Below are positions 1 to 14,100 of a stretch of 64,000 nt of DNA, one piece after another. The notes beneath the pieces were generated by a model. It worked only from the letters and a program-made list of their open reading frames with translations, made no database searches and had not been told where the DNA came from. The DNA lies in contig NW_026262593.1 in NCBI RefSeq assembly GCF_021869535.1, positions 39,246,001-39,310,000 of the forward strand, given 5' to 3'. Every line of letters begins with the position of its first letter. Within the stretch, counting starts at the first letter, position 1. Both the position numbers and the translations under genes were made by a program. The DNA is from Mytilus californianus. Lineage: Eukaryota.

Positions 1-222
1 CACTTCTTGCTTGAGTTTGGTAGCGAAGTTCTCATTGCCAACGGCCAAGTCTTTGTGAAGAGTAGCGATCTTCCCGTCAAGATAGGTTTTAAACAGCGAG
101 AATGTATCCACCAAGTCGTTATTACCAGTATGATGTGCAGAACTACCATCAGGCAACGAATGTACACTAGGACCAGGCAAAGATTCATGGTCAGAATCTA
201 GAAGTTTCTCGGAGTCAGACAT
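1..222 (-). CDS. N-terminus of a gag-like ORF1 of a DIRS-type retrotransposon, running off the left edge
   Basis: ATG at 222-220, 74 stop-free codons MSDSEKLLDSDHESLPGPSVHSLPDGSSAHHTGNNDLVDTFSLFKTYLDGKIATLHKDLAVGNENFATKLKQEV; low-complexity N-terminus followed by a helical segment resembling DIRS gag (recognition from memory only); higher GC than the introns. Confidence 0.5.
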   Translation of the reverse strand, partial: MSDSEKLLDSDHESLPGPSVHSLPDGSSAHHTGNNDLVDTFSLFKTYLDGKIATLHKDLAVGNENFATKLKQEV

Positions 223-1606
223 ACCACAATAACGAACTGCTGCTACGCTAACTATAGGCAAACTTCGAATAACTTTATTTTCTCAAACGAACCCCTTAAG
301 TAATACTTAATCATGCTTTTCACGAATCTCATGAGCGCATATACCCGTAAAAACCGCATTGCGGGTATATGCCATCCAATCAAATAGAACATAAACACAC
401 ACCATGTGCTTGATGTAAACACACACACGTGTTTATAGTAAACAATCACTTGACCGTAACTACGTCATGTGACCAATACCTTTAATAAATATATTTATTA
501 TAACACTTGATTATTAGTTTCCCCAAGATTGTTTCTTCGTTTTTAAACTGATCAAATAAAAAAATCATTTCGATTTTAATAACTTCTCCTTTAGATTTAA
601 TTTGAACATTATTTATCATTTTAATAACATCGGATTTATTCATCCTACATGATATGAAATACATGTTCAATATCATAATTTGGCTAACAACGGACCTAAC
701 CCTAAATATAATTTAATATACCACGGCGATCTATTTGTATTTGCCACCACCTTTAATATGTATTTTAACTTTGTGTATTAAACTCGACCTTCTGTCTTAT
801 AATCCATTCGAAAGGACATTCACACCTGGCACGGTGTGCCCTGGAGACACGGCTAAATACCGATCTGCACATTATCTTGATTTTATATCAAGCCTTCCAT
901 GGGTATTGCCAGGGAATAATACACATTGTATTAACATAGTCCTAGCGTAGAAATGTTTGCTTGAATTAAGGGTCAAAACATACCGTGACTTATTGTCCTT
1001 ACAGTTAAAGTTATATTCTTAAATTTTTTTCACCATATTCGTTGGAAAAGAAAATTTAAAAGAAGATTTATTTTTTGCGCTGTCAACATGTCAAAAATCG
1101 AAATATATACGGTAAACATAGAAAATTTTATCTCATGAATGTAAAAAGTTGCATGTCTGTTCGTTTTATTTTCTTACTATCGGATGGTAATTAGCTATCA
1201 AAATTAGTCATCGGCGCGTTAATGATTACGTTAAAATATGATTAAAGACCAAGACTTTAAATGATAGTACTTTAAATCCCGGCATGCAATACCAGGAGTT
1301 AATGCCACGTACTACAGGAAGTAGTCAATAAAACAATTATTAATTATTGATTTTCTTCTTTATTACTGCACAGATAGCTATAAAACTTTGTGAATATGTA
1401 TTTTATGTTATAATGAACATATTTAAACTAAAAAATCACAAATTTTCCCTTTAACAATAATTTAATTTTGGATGTAACGCGTCTTCCGATTGGCTGACGT
1501 TGTTTTGTTTATCAGCTCATAGACATAATTTTGTCATGTGACCTTGACGTCATCAACGTTTTTTCATGATTTACTCCGGTTTAAAATGGAATTAAGAATT
1601 AAATTA

Positions 1607-1761
1607 TAAGAAATGACTGTAATATTTTTTCTGTCTATTCGAAATAACATAAAAAATGTGGTGCACACTTTAAAATAACCCGCTACGCGGGTTACTCAGT
1701 GTGCACCACATTTTTGATGTTATTTCTTCATAGACAGAAAAAATATTACAGTCATTTCTTA
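1607..1761. repeat. near-perfect long palindrome (end of a ~1450-1761 repeat element)
   Basis: TAAGAAATGACTGTAATATTTTTTCTGTCTA..TGTGGTGCACACT / AGTGTGCACCACA..TAGACAGAAAAAATATTACAGTCATTTCTTA. Confidence 0.8.
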
Positions 1762-2022
1762 AATATATTCCCTGATTATAAAGGGATGCTTATCTTTTTT
1801 GAATTTAAAGAATAAAAACAATAGTTTCATTTTAATTATTTAAAGAAGGGCAGTCATGTACAAAATTTTGTGACTTAAGAAATTATTTCATCAATCTGAT
1901 GTGAAGCTACAATCTATATCAATTATATGTCTGACATGCTTACTATTCTGTTACTTTGATGACAAATATTTTGATAACAATAAGTTTAGTCAGAACAAAT
2001 TTCATTTGTCTGAAAAATTCAG

Positions 2023-2186
2023 ATTCAGATTAGAAGAAATAACAGTTGAGAAGATTTTCCTGTTTGATGTTAAGATCAGTGTATGTTTTGAGACGTATGG
2101 AGACTGTAGATACAAATTTGACATTTTGGACAGTGTAAGGATACCAAAACTACTTTGTTCATGGTCGGATGACTTTGTCATTCCAG
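2023..2186 (+). CDS. exon B1 of Cys-rich repeat gene
   Basis: AG|..|GT, phase 2/1; [54 protein letters not shown]. Confidence 0.85.
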
Positions 2187-5100
2187 GTCAGTAAATACTT
2201 TGAAATATATTTTTATAGCTGTATTTGAGTTAATTTTCTCACAACTCTGTGATAGCCCTTTGTTTGCAGTAGCAAGTATTTTGAGGTTGCCATGTGATCT
2301 CAAAATGACACAAGATTCTAACATATAAAATATGTATAATGTATTATATTATATGTTTGTCCATCTTTAGGCACTTAATATTTCGATGGTCATATTATAC
2401 TGTTTTGTGCATAGTGCTAATTTATATGATTTGGATGACTGCATTTATAACAAAAGCTGAATTTTATTGAAGAATTCACAAGGATGTATGAGTCAAAAGA
2501 TTCTGTTTCTTATATGTCTTTTGTACTGTGAGTTGTTGTCTCATTAACATTTCCTTTATTCACATAGTAAGGATTAGAAATATTGCCCACCATCTTGAGT
2601 TTTAAACAGAAAATTTTTTAGATACATTTGTATTTCAGGATTCAAAATAAGTAATTGGATGAGTAATAAAGGACTACTTAGCTCCTTAACACAGTTACCC
2701 TCAGTCCTTGCATCACAGCTCATGGAAGATCTGAATTTAGCTGGTTATCTGTTGAATCCAGCATGTGACCAGTCGAGTAGTAAATACAAAACTGAAAGTG
2801 GCAATGGATGGAATTCAGGTAAAAAACAATAAACAAAAAGATTAGAATATGCAATATGTATAAATAGAGGAAGAAACCAATCAGAATATCCTGGTTGTGT
2901 CTGTTTTTAAGCAAAAGACAGTTGTCTCAGAAAACCATGGTCAGCTACAATCTGTAAAAAATAGATATAATATAACTTCTGTGTGCACACATTTGAAAGA
3001 TAAGTATATATCAAAGAATGATGTGGCCTTATTATAGACTATCAATGTTTCTTCAAACAGGAGGGAGCTTCTTATCTACAATCTCATCAAGGGCGATAGC
3101 CCTGAAATAAGATGTAGCTAGAAACATCCTCTAGTTGGAAAGACCATTGATGATCTGTTTTTTCCCTATTTTCCCAGGCAACATAAATGACATAGGCTTA
3201 TGTCGTCATACATTCTCTTTTGAATGGACTGAGAAAATCCAATTTTACTAGAGTAGTGTGATGTGGTATATTATCACAAAAAAAGATCAAGGGAAATTTT
3301 GAGAAAAAAGCGATAAATATCAGTATATGTCAATTTTGATATTGCCTTAATATAATGGTCCATCGATGTCAACAAAGGTAGATTTTTTAAAAATTTTATT
3401 TCATTATATATCTGCTTATGTTATAATTTGAATTTCTTAAAAACAAGTCGAAATACTTGCTATGATGTGTTATGAATTGTAAAGTAATGTCTTGAGCATT
3501 ATTTCAACATTATTTTTTTTAGAATGCACATCAGAGGTGAACCTTCCTGACCTACCAGAATCCGTGACATGCTACTTAGATGACACTTGTACTGGGTTAA
3601 GCTGTTGTGCACACATTGGATTTATCAATAGAAATATCAATTTTTTTCTTACAATAGATCCTTGCAGTTATACATTTAACATTGGCATAGAAAAGTATCA
3701 ATATGAATTTTTTCTAATGGATTTTGAATTTGGCATTCAAAAACATTTTCATATTGGACAAGTGATTGAAATAAGGTAAGTGAGCATATGTTATCAATAA
3801 ATAAATGACAAGATTGTGAAAGATAATATTTTTGCCAAATTTCAGTTTTTTTAAATCTAACCAACCTGAATTGTTGGTAAAAACAATTATCCTACAGTTA
3901 AAATTTGACATCAGCAAGTCAGTTGTGTTTGTAGTGCATGTGCAAAAAGAAATGATCGTACCCGCTCTCTAAAACTCGGGTTTATATTACAATCCACTTG
4001 TCCTTCTGTCCATCTTTTCCACCATTCGTTCTTCCAAACATTTCTCCAAAATACTGAACAGAATGACCTCATATATGGACAGCAGCTCAAAAGTAATGAG
4101 CTCATTAGTTGTGATGTGTGAGCAAGGAGTAGGGGTATACTTAGCACGACAACAGACACATTCTTATACATGTACTGACATAAATGTCTTGTGTCTGAAT
4201 TTATAGTACAGTATCAGTTGTTTTCAGATAAAGGTTGTGATACTGATTATTGAGTTGAAAATTATAATTAACACTTAGTGGTAACAAAAAATATGGTTGA
4301 AAAGTTAAGTTGTTAAACTATTCTTTTCTCAACAGAGAATATGAATAACAAGAATCTGTAGTGTGTAATTTTATGCAAACGATAAAATGCAAGTTTATTT
4401 TTAACTTTCATGATATGCTTTCTGAAATAAAATTAAAAAAAAACAGGCTTGACTGTTTAATTGTATTTTTCAGTTACAAAATTACAGACTTCAATGGTTT
4501 ATCAGCATACTATATAGATCTGGATTTTAAAGTTTGCTTTAATGATGGAGGACCTTGTGCTTTTCAAACAACAATATTTTCCAAAACTGAATTACCAAAA
4601 GTACACTGTGGCCTGACAAAGGGGTTTAGGAATACAAGTAAGTGAATATATATTCAGAGGCCAGCAGTTCTATCAGGATAATGTTCTTTTGGTTGATTTT
4701 TTGGCTGAGCTTCCAGTTTCAAATGGTTAACAAATATTTAGAATAAAAAGTGATTGGCTCCTGTGTTTTTACAGTAAGTGTTTATGTTTTTACAATACCA
4801 GAAATTGTTAATTGACTCTTTAAAGGAGTTATTGCCCTTAAATGACAGTTTTTACTTTTTTTGTGTTTTTAACAAAAATTAAAGAAGATAGAAACTTTAA
4901 ACAGAAAAAATTATCAGCAACAAAGAGATTTTTGTCATGAACTATATTTTAATCTACAATGTTCTAGAGTGTCCATTGTTGAAGGTGCACAAAGACATAG
5001 GTGAGAAACACATTCTCTTAAATTGCCAACCTGTTACTGTTGCATTTTTGACATTAATAAAAACTTCACAATAATTTCTGAAATTACAGTATTGTATCAC

Positions 5101-8100
5101 TGAGCCAACTGCATATCCTTTTGTTTCCAGACTGGTCAATATCAGAATGGTACAGTCATATGCAGATAGACACATCAGAAAAATTGTCTACAAATGCAAT
5201 ATTGATGCTAATGGATACACTTGGTATAGCACCTTTTCTGAAGGAGAAACAATGCAGTCGACATGATCCTAGCTCTGTTTTTGCTGCCCAGTACCAGGGT
5301 TGGAGCACAGGTAATACTGAGTTTAATAATGACTTGAATTAATAGGGTGAAATATTTTTAGAAGTTCATTACAATCATTTTAACATTAATTCTATCATAA
5401 AACATGTCATAAATGAAATTATTGCTACATTATTTCATGTGTAACATTATTACATTTTTGGTTGTATTTCACAAATCACGTATCAACTTAGAGCATGTGA
5501 ATGTGAAAAGAAAAGGATTCTTATTGCGAACCCAATGAAAGTTTTCCACAGTGCCATCTCTATCTTGACCAGGTATTTAAACTTTTGCAAGTTCACCTGT
5601 CCTATTGAAAAGATACAATAGCTATTGTTCTCTGTGTAGTTTATTCTCTGAGACCTTTAAATTTCTTCGAAGAGAAATCTATCATTCATTGATTAAATAA
5701 CCTGAGTAAAAAAAATTTCTTATATATAGACAAAAATACTGTTTTTATACTCATTAACTGCATGTGATGATGTAGTTATTCAATATTAATAATGTATTTT
5801 CATTCAGTTTAATATAAACATTGATTCAATCATAAAAATTTGATTTCTGACAAAACTTTCAACATTGTTCTTTTTAAAAAAAAATTTGTTTGACATGAAT
5901 AAGAACTTGAAAATAATGATGTTTCAAATTAAGATCTTCTTAAATGTATTCTATAACTAAACAAAAAAAAATCAAATTTCAATAGGAACATTGATAAAAC
6001 TTTTGTTAGAAATCAACTTTTTATGATTGAATCAATGTTTATATTAAACTGAATGAAAATATATTATTAATATTGAATAAATACATCAGCACACGCAATT
6101 AATGAGTATAAAAAAAGTATTTTTGTCTATATATAAGAATTTTTTTTTACACAGGTAATTTAATCAATGAATGATAGATTTCTCTTAGAAGAAATTTAAA
6201 GGTCCCAGTGAATAAACTACACAGAGAAAAATAGCTATTGTATTCATTCAATAGGACAGGTGAACTTGCAAAATTTTAAATACCTGGTCAAGATAGAGAT
6301 GGCACTGTGGAAAACTTTCATTGGGTTCGCAATAATGTTTAAATGTAGTGACATCTTGAGATTTTTCACTTAGATATTTTTTTTACAGATTGTAGATCAA
6401 CATCCATTTCACTGCCTCATCTTGACACATCTGTTATAACATGTTACTTAGATGATAGTTGTAACAATGTCCAGTGCTGTCTTGATGTGGACTTAATTGA
6501 CAGATCTTTATATTTCTTTGTAAACTTTGATCCCTGCAACTATGTTTTAAAGTTTGGGATTGAGAGATAAGAGATGGATATTTTGCTGAATAGTTATCAC
6601 TGGGGTGAATGGGAAGAAATGGACCTGTATGGAGTACTGAAAATAAAGTAAAGTTCATTCAATAGGACAGGTGAACTTGCAAAATTTTAAATACCTGGTC
6701 AAGATAGAGATGGCACTGTGGAAAACTTTCATTGGGTTCGCAATAATGTTTAAATGTAGTGACATCTTGAGATTTTTCACTTAGATATTTTTTTTACAGA
6801 TTGTAGATCAACATCCATTTCACTGCCTCATCTTGACACATCTGTTATAACATGTTACTTAGATGATAGTTGTAACAATGTCCAGTGCTGTCTTGATGTG
6901 GACTTAATTGACAGATCTTTATATTTCTTTGTAAACTTTGATCCCTGCAACTATGTTTTAAAGTTTGGGATTGAGAGATTAGAGATGGATATTTTGCTGA
7001 ATAGTTATCACTGGGGTGAATGGGAAGAAATGGACCTGTATGGAGTACTGAAAATAAAGTAAAGTTTATTTTCTTTTAATAATTAACTTTTATCTTCTGA
7101 GGTCTTTAATTTAAATGAAATTTGTTGAGTTCAAAAACTAACTTTGGACTAGCTTTAGGCAGTCTCTCTTCTTCTATCAAAGGTTGTGACTTTGATCCAT
7201 ACCAAGGTCTTTCCAAAGCTATAGAATTGTTGTTTTTTTAATTCATCAGTAGCACAAAGCATTAAGAAAAAAGCTGAAGATTGGAGATAAAAAAAAATGT
7301 GTCTAGAAATGCATTTTGATCTGTTGAAATGTCTTTGTTTGAACTGTTACCTAATTTATGTAAAAGTCAAAGACTAACACACAAAGATATAAAATAAACA
7401 ATTACTGACAAGGTTCCGAACTGGGTATATGCACATGAACATGAGTGGTGAACCCATTATTTTTCAATCTCATCCCTTCTCTTTTATTTTTATTATACTT
7501 ATGATTACGTAGTACTTTTGTTCTGTTGCAAAAGACACTGAAACATTTGATAAACCAACAAGCTAGTCCTGTTGTGCTGAAGCATTTGTGGATATTATCC
7601 CTGCTCTAAATGTTATAGTTCTAAAATTGGTAGTTGTTCCTTCTCTGACAGCTAAGCAGGCAGCATGAAGGAGTAGAAGACAGGAGTCAGAATTATGTTC
7701 TTGATAAGAATGTCAAAATAATATAATAATAATAATAAATTCTTTATTTAAAGAGGGTAAACTCAGTTAGTTACAGTTAGTCATGATGTCCTGGTCATGA
7801 ATATTTATCTTATATTTGCTCACTCTAACTTGTAACTTAATACACATATTCATTATGACATGAAATTTTAAATGATATGATGCAAAGTTATGTTTTTCAA
7901 ACAGTCACTGAACATAAAATTTGATCGTGTGTAATATTAATGTTTCTGGTTAAGGTTATTCACGTGTACAGTATGATGATATATACCAAACTACGATTTT
8001 GACCATGAATTCACAATTTACTGGAAAAGGAAATTGATAGTGCGAGCAGGAACTGTTTCATTAGGACACATATTCTTGTTTATCTCATATTTAAATTGCA

Positions 8101-8116
8101 GTCTATATATATTCTA

Positions 8117-8165
<49 letters not shown>

Positions 8166-11100
8166 TCGTCAGTCCGTCAGTCCATCAGTCCTGTTTCTTG
8201 TCATCGCAACTCCTCTCAAACCACACAACAGAATTTCACGAAATCTTTTTAGATAATAAGGACATACTATGTAGTTGTGCATATCGACAGGAAATTACGA
8301 TTCAATTCTTTTTCTAGGAGTTGCGCCCCTTTGAACTTATTTACTTTAATGTACTACTGCAACAGTTTGTCATCGCAACTCCTCTCAAACCACACAACAG
8401 AATTTCATGAAACCTTTTCAGATAATAAGGACATACTACGTAGATGTGCATATCGACAGGAAATTACGATTCAATTTTTTTTCCAGGAGTTACACCCCTT
8501 TGAACTTATTTGCCCAATATACTACTGCAACCTTTTGTCATCGCAACTCCTCTCAAACCACACAACAGAATTTCATGAAACCTTTTCAGATAATAAGGAC
8601 ATACTACGTAGAAGTGCATATCGACAGGAAATTACGATTCAATTTTTTTTCCAGGAGTTACACCCCTTTGAACTTATTTGCCCAATATACTACTGCAACC
8701 TTTTGTCATCGCAACTCCTCTCAAATCACACAACAGAATTTCATGAAACTGTGTAGATAATAAGGACATACTATGTAGATGTGCATATTGACAGGAAATT
8801 ATGATTCAATTTTTTTTTCTGATACAATTTTTTTTTCTTACACTTATTTTATTTCTCCAATGACAATGTGGGGACGTGGGGTATGTGAGCGCGCTCACTA
8901 AGGTTCTTTCATTTATTTTGTAGGTATTTGATAGATGACTTTTATGCGGAACAACAATATGCCATTTCTATGGTCATTGGGTTATGTTGGGAATATAATG
9001 GGCCTTGTCAAGAATTACAGATTCTTGATAGAAGTAGAGTGCCTAAAACATTGTGTAACTGGGATAAAGGATTTAAAATACCAGGTAAAAATCTTTGAAG
9101 AAATATAATACAAAAATATATATTTGTGAATGAATATAGAAAATCTTCTTGTTTGTTAATACCCATTTTAAAGCTTTGATTTTTTTTCTCTCAGGAGAAT
9201 AAATCATAAAAATACAAGATAAAAAAGATAAACAAATTTACCATTTTGTGCCACACTGCAAATTATACCAGTATTTCAGCAAATAGTTACGAAAGTCAAG
9301 AACAAAACATTACAAAAGAATCAGAATACCGTCTAGTTAAAATGAAAGCCTCTTTTTAAAGAGTCAGATTTGCACATAGATGCAAGTTGAACAATACAGA
9401 CTTTTCATGATGAAAATGTAGGCTTAAAAACATTGTGATTTTTATGTGCAACATAATGACTGTGTGCGGCATTTGACCAAACTATGAAGGCATGATGGGG
9501 AGTTCAGGCTCATTGGAGCATCAGGTTCCTTCATTCAAAAAGTAAAACAATAAAACTTGTTGTTTTGCTTAAACATTTTCTTTTAATTAGAGACAGCTTT
9601 TTTAAATGCTTTGTTGACAATAAGATTATAGTCATTTTTTTATGGGGATATACTGGTTTACCTATGTCTGTCCACCCATCCCATGAAGTTTTTGTCCCTT
9701 ATTGTCTCGCCTTGACAGAGTCAAAAAGCGAGACATAGATATGCTGTTTTCGGCGGCGGTGTCAACAATGTATTAGTTTGTGATTAGGTCTAGTTCATGG
9801 TGAACCACTAGTGGTAGGTCAATAATATTTGGTATGCAGTTGTATAAGCATTGGCACATCTCATTACCATGGAGTTTATTTGCCCCCCACCCCCCCTCAG
9901 TCATGGTTTATTGACTTTGAAACTTTGCTTAGTTTACATGTAGTAGTTTGTGATTAGGTCAGTTTATGGGGAACCACTAGTGGTAGGTCAATGATATTTG
10001 GTATGCAATTGTATAAGCATTGGCATATCTCATTTCCATGGAAGTTATTTGGCCCCGCCCCTTCAGTCATGTTCTATTGACTTTAAAACTTTTGCTTACT
10101 TTTCATGTATTAGTTTGTGATTAGGTCAGTTTATGGGGAACCACTAGTGGTAGGTCAATGATATTTGGTATGCAATTGTATAAGCATTGGCATATCTCAT
10201 TTCCATGGAGGTTATTTGGCCCCGCACCTTCAGTCATGTTCAATTGACTTTAAAACTTTTGCTTACTTTTCATGTATTAGTTTGTGATTAGGTCAGTTTA
10301 TGGGGAACCACTAGCGGTAGGTCAATGATATTTGGTATGCAGTTGTATAAGTATTGGCATATCTTATTTCCATGGAGATTATTGGGCGCCGCCCCTTCTG
10401 TCATGGTCTTTGGACTTTGAAACTTTTGCTTAGTTTTCATGTATAAGTTTGTGATTAGGTAGTTCATGGAGAACCACTAGTGGTAGGTCAATGATATTTG
10501 GTATGCAGTTGTATAAGCATCGGCATATCTCATTTCCATGGAGATTATTTGGCCCCACCCTTCAGTCATGGTCTATTGACTTTGAAACTTTTGCTTAGTT
10601 TTCATGTATTAGTTTGAGATTAGGTCAGTTTATGGGGAACCACTAGTGGTAGGTCAATGATATTTGGTATGCAGTTGTATAAACATTGGCATATCTTATT
10701 TCCATTGAGAGTATTTGGCCCTGCCCCTTCAGTCATGGTCTATTGACTTTGAAACTTTTGCTTAGTTTACAAGTTAATGTTTGTGTTTAGGTTTCTTTAA
10801 AGGGAACGACTTATGAAAAGTCAATGGTATTTGGTATGCAGTTGTATTAGCATTGGCACATCTCATTTCCATGGAGATTGTTTAGCCCTGTACCTTTAGT
10901 CATGGTTCATTGACTTTGAATATTTGCATAGCTTACATGTTAAAGTATTGGTATTTTAATTTCAACATTTGCATTATCAAAATAACAAATAGGCGAGACA
11001 TATCTCTGTGTTAACAGTTTATTTTATAGAGAACTACAAATCAGAGCTTCGTGAAATTTCGTATCAAGCTTCACAGGACGATGCTATACTGATTGATGCC

Positions 11101-14100
11101 TTTTCATCTTGATTACTTGTCAATTTCCTTTTTACTCAATACTTATATATTCTAACACATAATGGCCATGTATGAATTTTTGTCTAATTTTTCGCAGAAA
11201 CAACAAATCAGAGATTTCTAAAATTTATTATCAAGCATAAGATATGTGATCATGCTTTACCATATGACAAGTTTTCACATCCATTGCTCATCAACTTCAT
11301 GTTTGCTAAATACTTATAGTGGGAGTATCATAATTGCTCACAGTTTATTATGTTTACTTTTGTTTTCTGCTTAACTTGTTTACTTTAGGACTAAGAGAAT
11401 GTTTTGTTGATAGTAGTTAATTTCTATTTTCATGATTTTCTCCAGATTTTTCCATTTCTGAATATATGTTGGAAAAAGGACTGACTCAGCTTAATCAGAT
11501 GACAGCATCAGATGTAGTTGAAACTCTTGGAGTATCATCTTATTTAAAGTCTCCATCTTGTGACAGATCTGCAACACCTTTTACAGTTCACAATAATGGA
11601 TGGTCAAATGGTAGTTTACTTTTTAATTGAAGATTTCATGAAAAAAATAGTGATCATGATTTAAAAGACTAATTTTTTTAATTTTTGATTTGTAATACTT
11701 CATGCAATATGTTCAGAATAAACTCATAATATATTTTTAAGGTACAAAATATTTCTTTTGAAAATTAATTCAATATTAGGTATTTTATGTTTTGTTTGAT
11801 TGGCATTGATGGTGTAGGTTATTTGACCAAACAATGCACTTGATACAATCTTACTAGCATTGTATAAGATAATAGTGTATCATTGGTAGATCCATAAGCA
11901 CAACCTTTTTGTAATGCTTGGAAAAAAGGTAAAACATTGAGATATCAGAAATATTTTATCATTTTAACTGGAGTGGTACATGTATAAAACCATTAAGGTA
12001 CTGTTACAAACGGGACATTCAAAACTCACAAGCCGAAGAAAAAATAACAATGCCACTTTAAAAAACCTTAGGTTAGTATGTGGACTGTTTAATTTGTTAT
12101 AATTTTAAGATCCATTCCGTCTTCATACTGTGGATTCATATATTTTTGTCAGCACCACATATCATTTTGTGAGGAAAAAGATGTGTTTACAAAATTACCA
12201 AAGATGTAAAGTAAATTCAAAAAGAGGGAAGTCCATAAAACTGGTAAAGAAAATTTGTTTTTTGATTGTTTACAAAAAAATAGTACCCAACATTTGATAA
12301 AGAATCCCCATGTACACATTAGCTTATGTATTATATTATTTATTTTTTTTTATGCATGTATTGAAAAGATACCAATGTATGAATTCTTCCAGATTGTTCA
12401 TCAAAAGCAACTGTTGTGTTAGAAGAACCAATCTCTAACCATACATCCTGCTACATTCCTGACAAATGCACAGCTGTATATTGTTGTACAGATACCCCAC
12501 TGCTAAACATCACAGTGAACACTGTTGTTGATCTAGATATTTGTAACTATAAACTCACTGTAACACTGGAGGAAGTGACACTGGAATATACCTTAGTTGA
12601 TTATGAATATGGATCTAGGAAGAAATTTTCACTGTATGGATTTCTTGATTTGAGGTATATTATTTCTGTGATCAGACCTTGCTCTTCTTTTAAGGACTCT
12701 TGGGCATTTGGTCAGACAAATTTGACAGACCAAAATTCAGTGGGACCAAAATTTTATGTGTCCCAATGCGTACTAAAAAAATTGAAAATATTAGGTTCAA
12801 TAGATAAATAAATGACCTAAGATTAATGTGACTATGAAGCATTGAACTATTAGTATTAAAATATATATAAAACCTTCCTCTGAATACACTTTAAGTTGTT
12901 TATTATCAATTTAATCCAAATTTGGCTTAGATTAGTCCTCTTCAGTTTCAAATTTGCTTATAATTATGATTCTACCCACAAAACCAAGATGAATGCTATT
13001 ACTTTAAAGACAAAATTTTAAATGAATCATATTCTTTGCTGTGACTGTGTTCGTCTTCTCCAAATGTAAGTAATTTCGTCCTAGGTTATCTGCTTTGAAA
13101 AAAAAATCTTAATAATTGATACCAGGGTTGGCCACTGCTGTTGTGTTTAATTTATCGAAATTCTTAATTTATCATTTGGATTAATTTGTGATTTTGGAAT
13201 TCATATGCTGATTTTGGAAAAAGATACTTTATTTTACCAAATTTTCAGCTTTGATGTGGCTTTTTCTTTCCGTTGATTGCCATCTCTTGGACCCTATGTT
13301 TATGGTTTTTAAGATGCATCATTACAGATTGAAGAATGAGCATAAGTAGACTTAAAAAATAAACAAGGAAAGTGCAGTTAAAACAGAAACATTTTGTTTT
13401 TCTATGAAAATTAGTAACTAACTTTTCTATACAAACAGATAATTGTGAATTTTGCATCCATATCAGTTTCTTGATATTAGCTTCTATATCTATGTATTTG
13501 TGGTTTTTTTTCAGTTTTATAATAGAGGATTTGACCAGTGATGGTGTAGTTGTATTCAGTGTAAATGTGTCTGTATGTTTAGAATCAGCTGCTACTTGTG
13601 AACTTGAACAAACATTAATGAAAGATGTTAGACTTCCTAAACCTGCCTGTAACTTGAATGCTGGATTTAAAATGCCAAGTGAGATTATGTTCCATAAGGG
13701 CTATTCCATTAAAATATATGTGGGAGGGTAGGAAGGGAAGTTTAATTATTGAATGTGGGTCATGGGTCTTTTTTCAGTATGCCTCTATTACCATTATGCA
13801 AAATTATCTAAAAAATGGTTCTTGGTTGTAGGGATATTTTGAAAGTCCCTTCCTACCCTCCCACATACATTTTAATGGAAAAGCCCTAAACAAATTATGT
13901 TATAATTTTTCACATTTTGTAACAATTTAACTTTTTTGCCTCATGTGTTTATACAAAAGTAATATCTCTTACAAAATTCAAGTTTTGCTAAATTAATCCA
14001 TTACTGTTGATAACATTTGAGTTAACTGTAAGAAACGGCTTTGGTATTTAAGAGTGTCAATTTTCAAACAATTAAAGGTAATGTTTAAGAGTTATGCATC

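Larger units (their letters stand above)
6243..7064 (+). repeat. 411-bp tandem duplication containing exon A3
   Basis: 6243-6653 and 6654-7064; begins within the right arm of MITE 5524-6332. Confidence 0.9.

Noticed and set aside
7-201. 64-aa + strand ORF
   Set aside because: Antisense to the longer, more protein-like frame on the - strand (222 to 1).
8277-8760. ORFs 8277-8756 and 8407-8760 (also 33673-33988 and 49816-50298)
   Set aside because: Chance open frames in the 168-bp (multiple of 3) HINE monomers; no transposase or Rep/helicase motifs.
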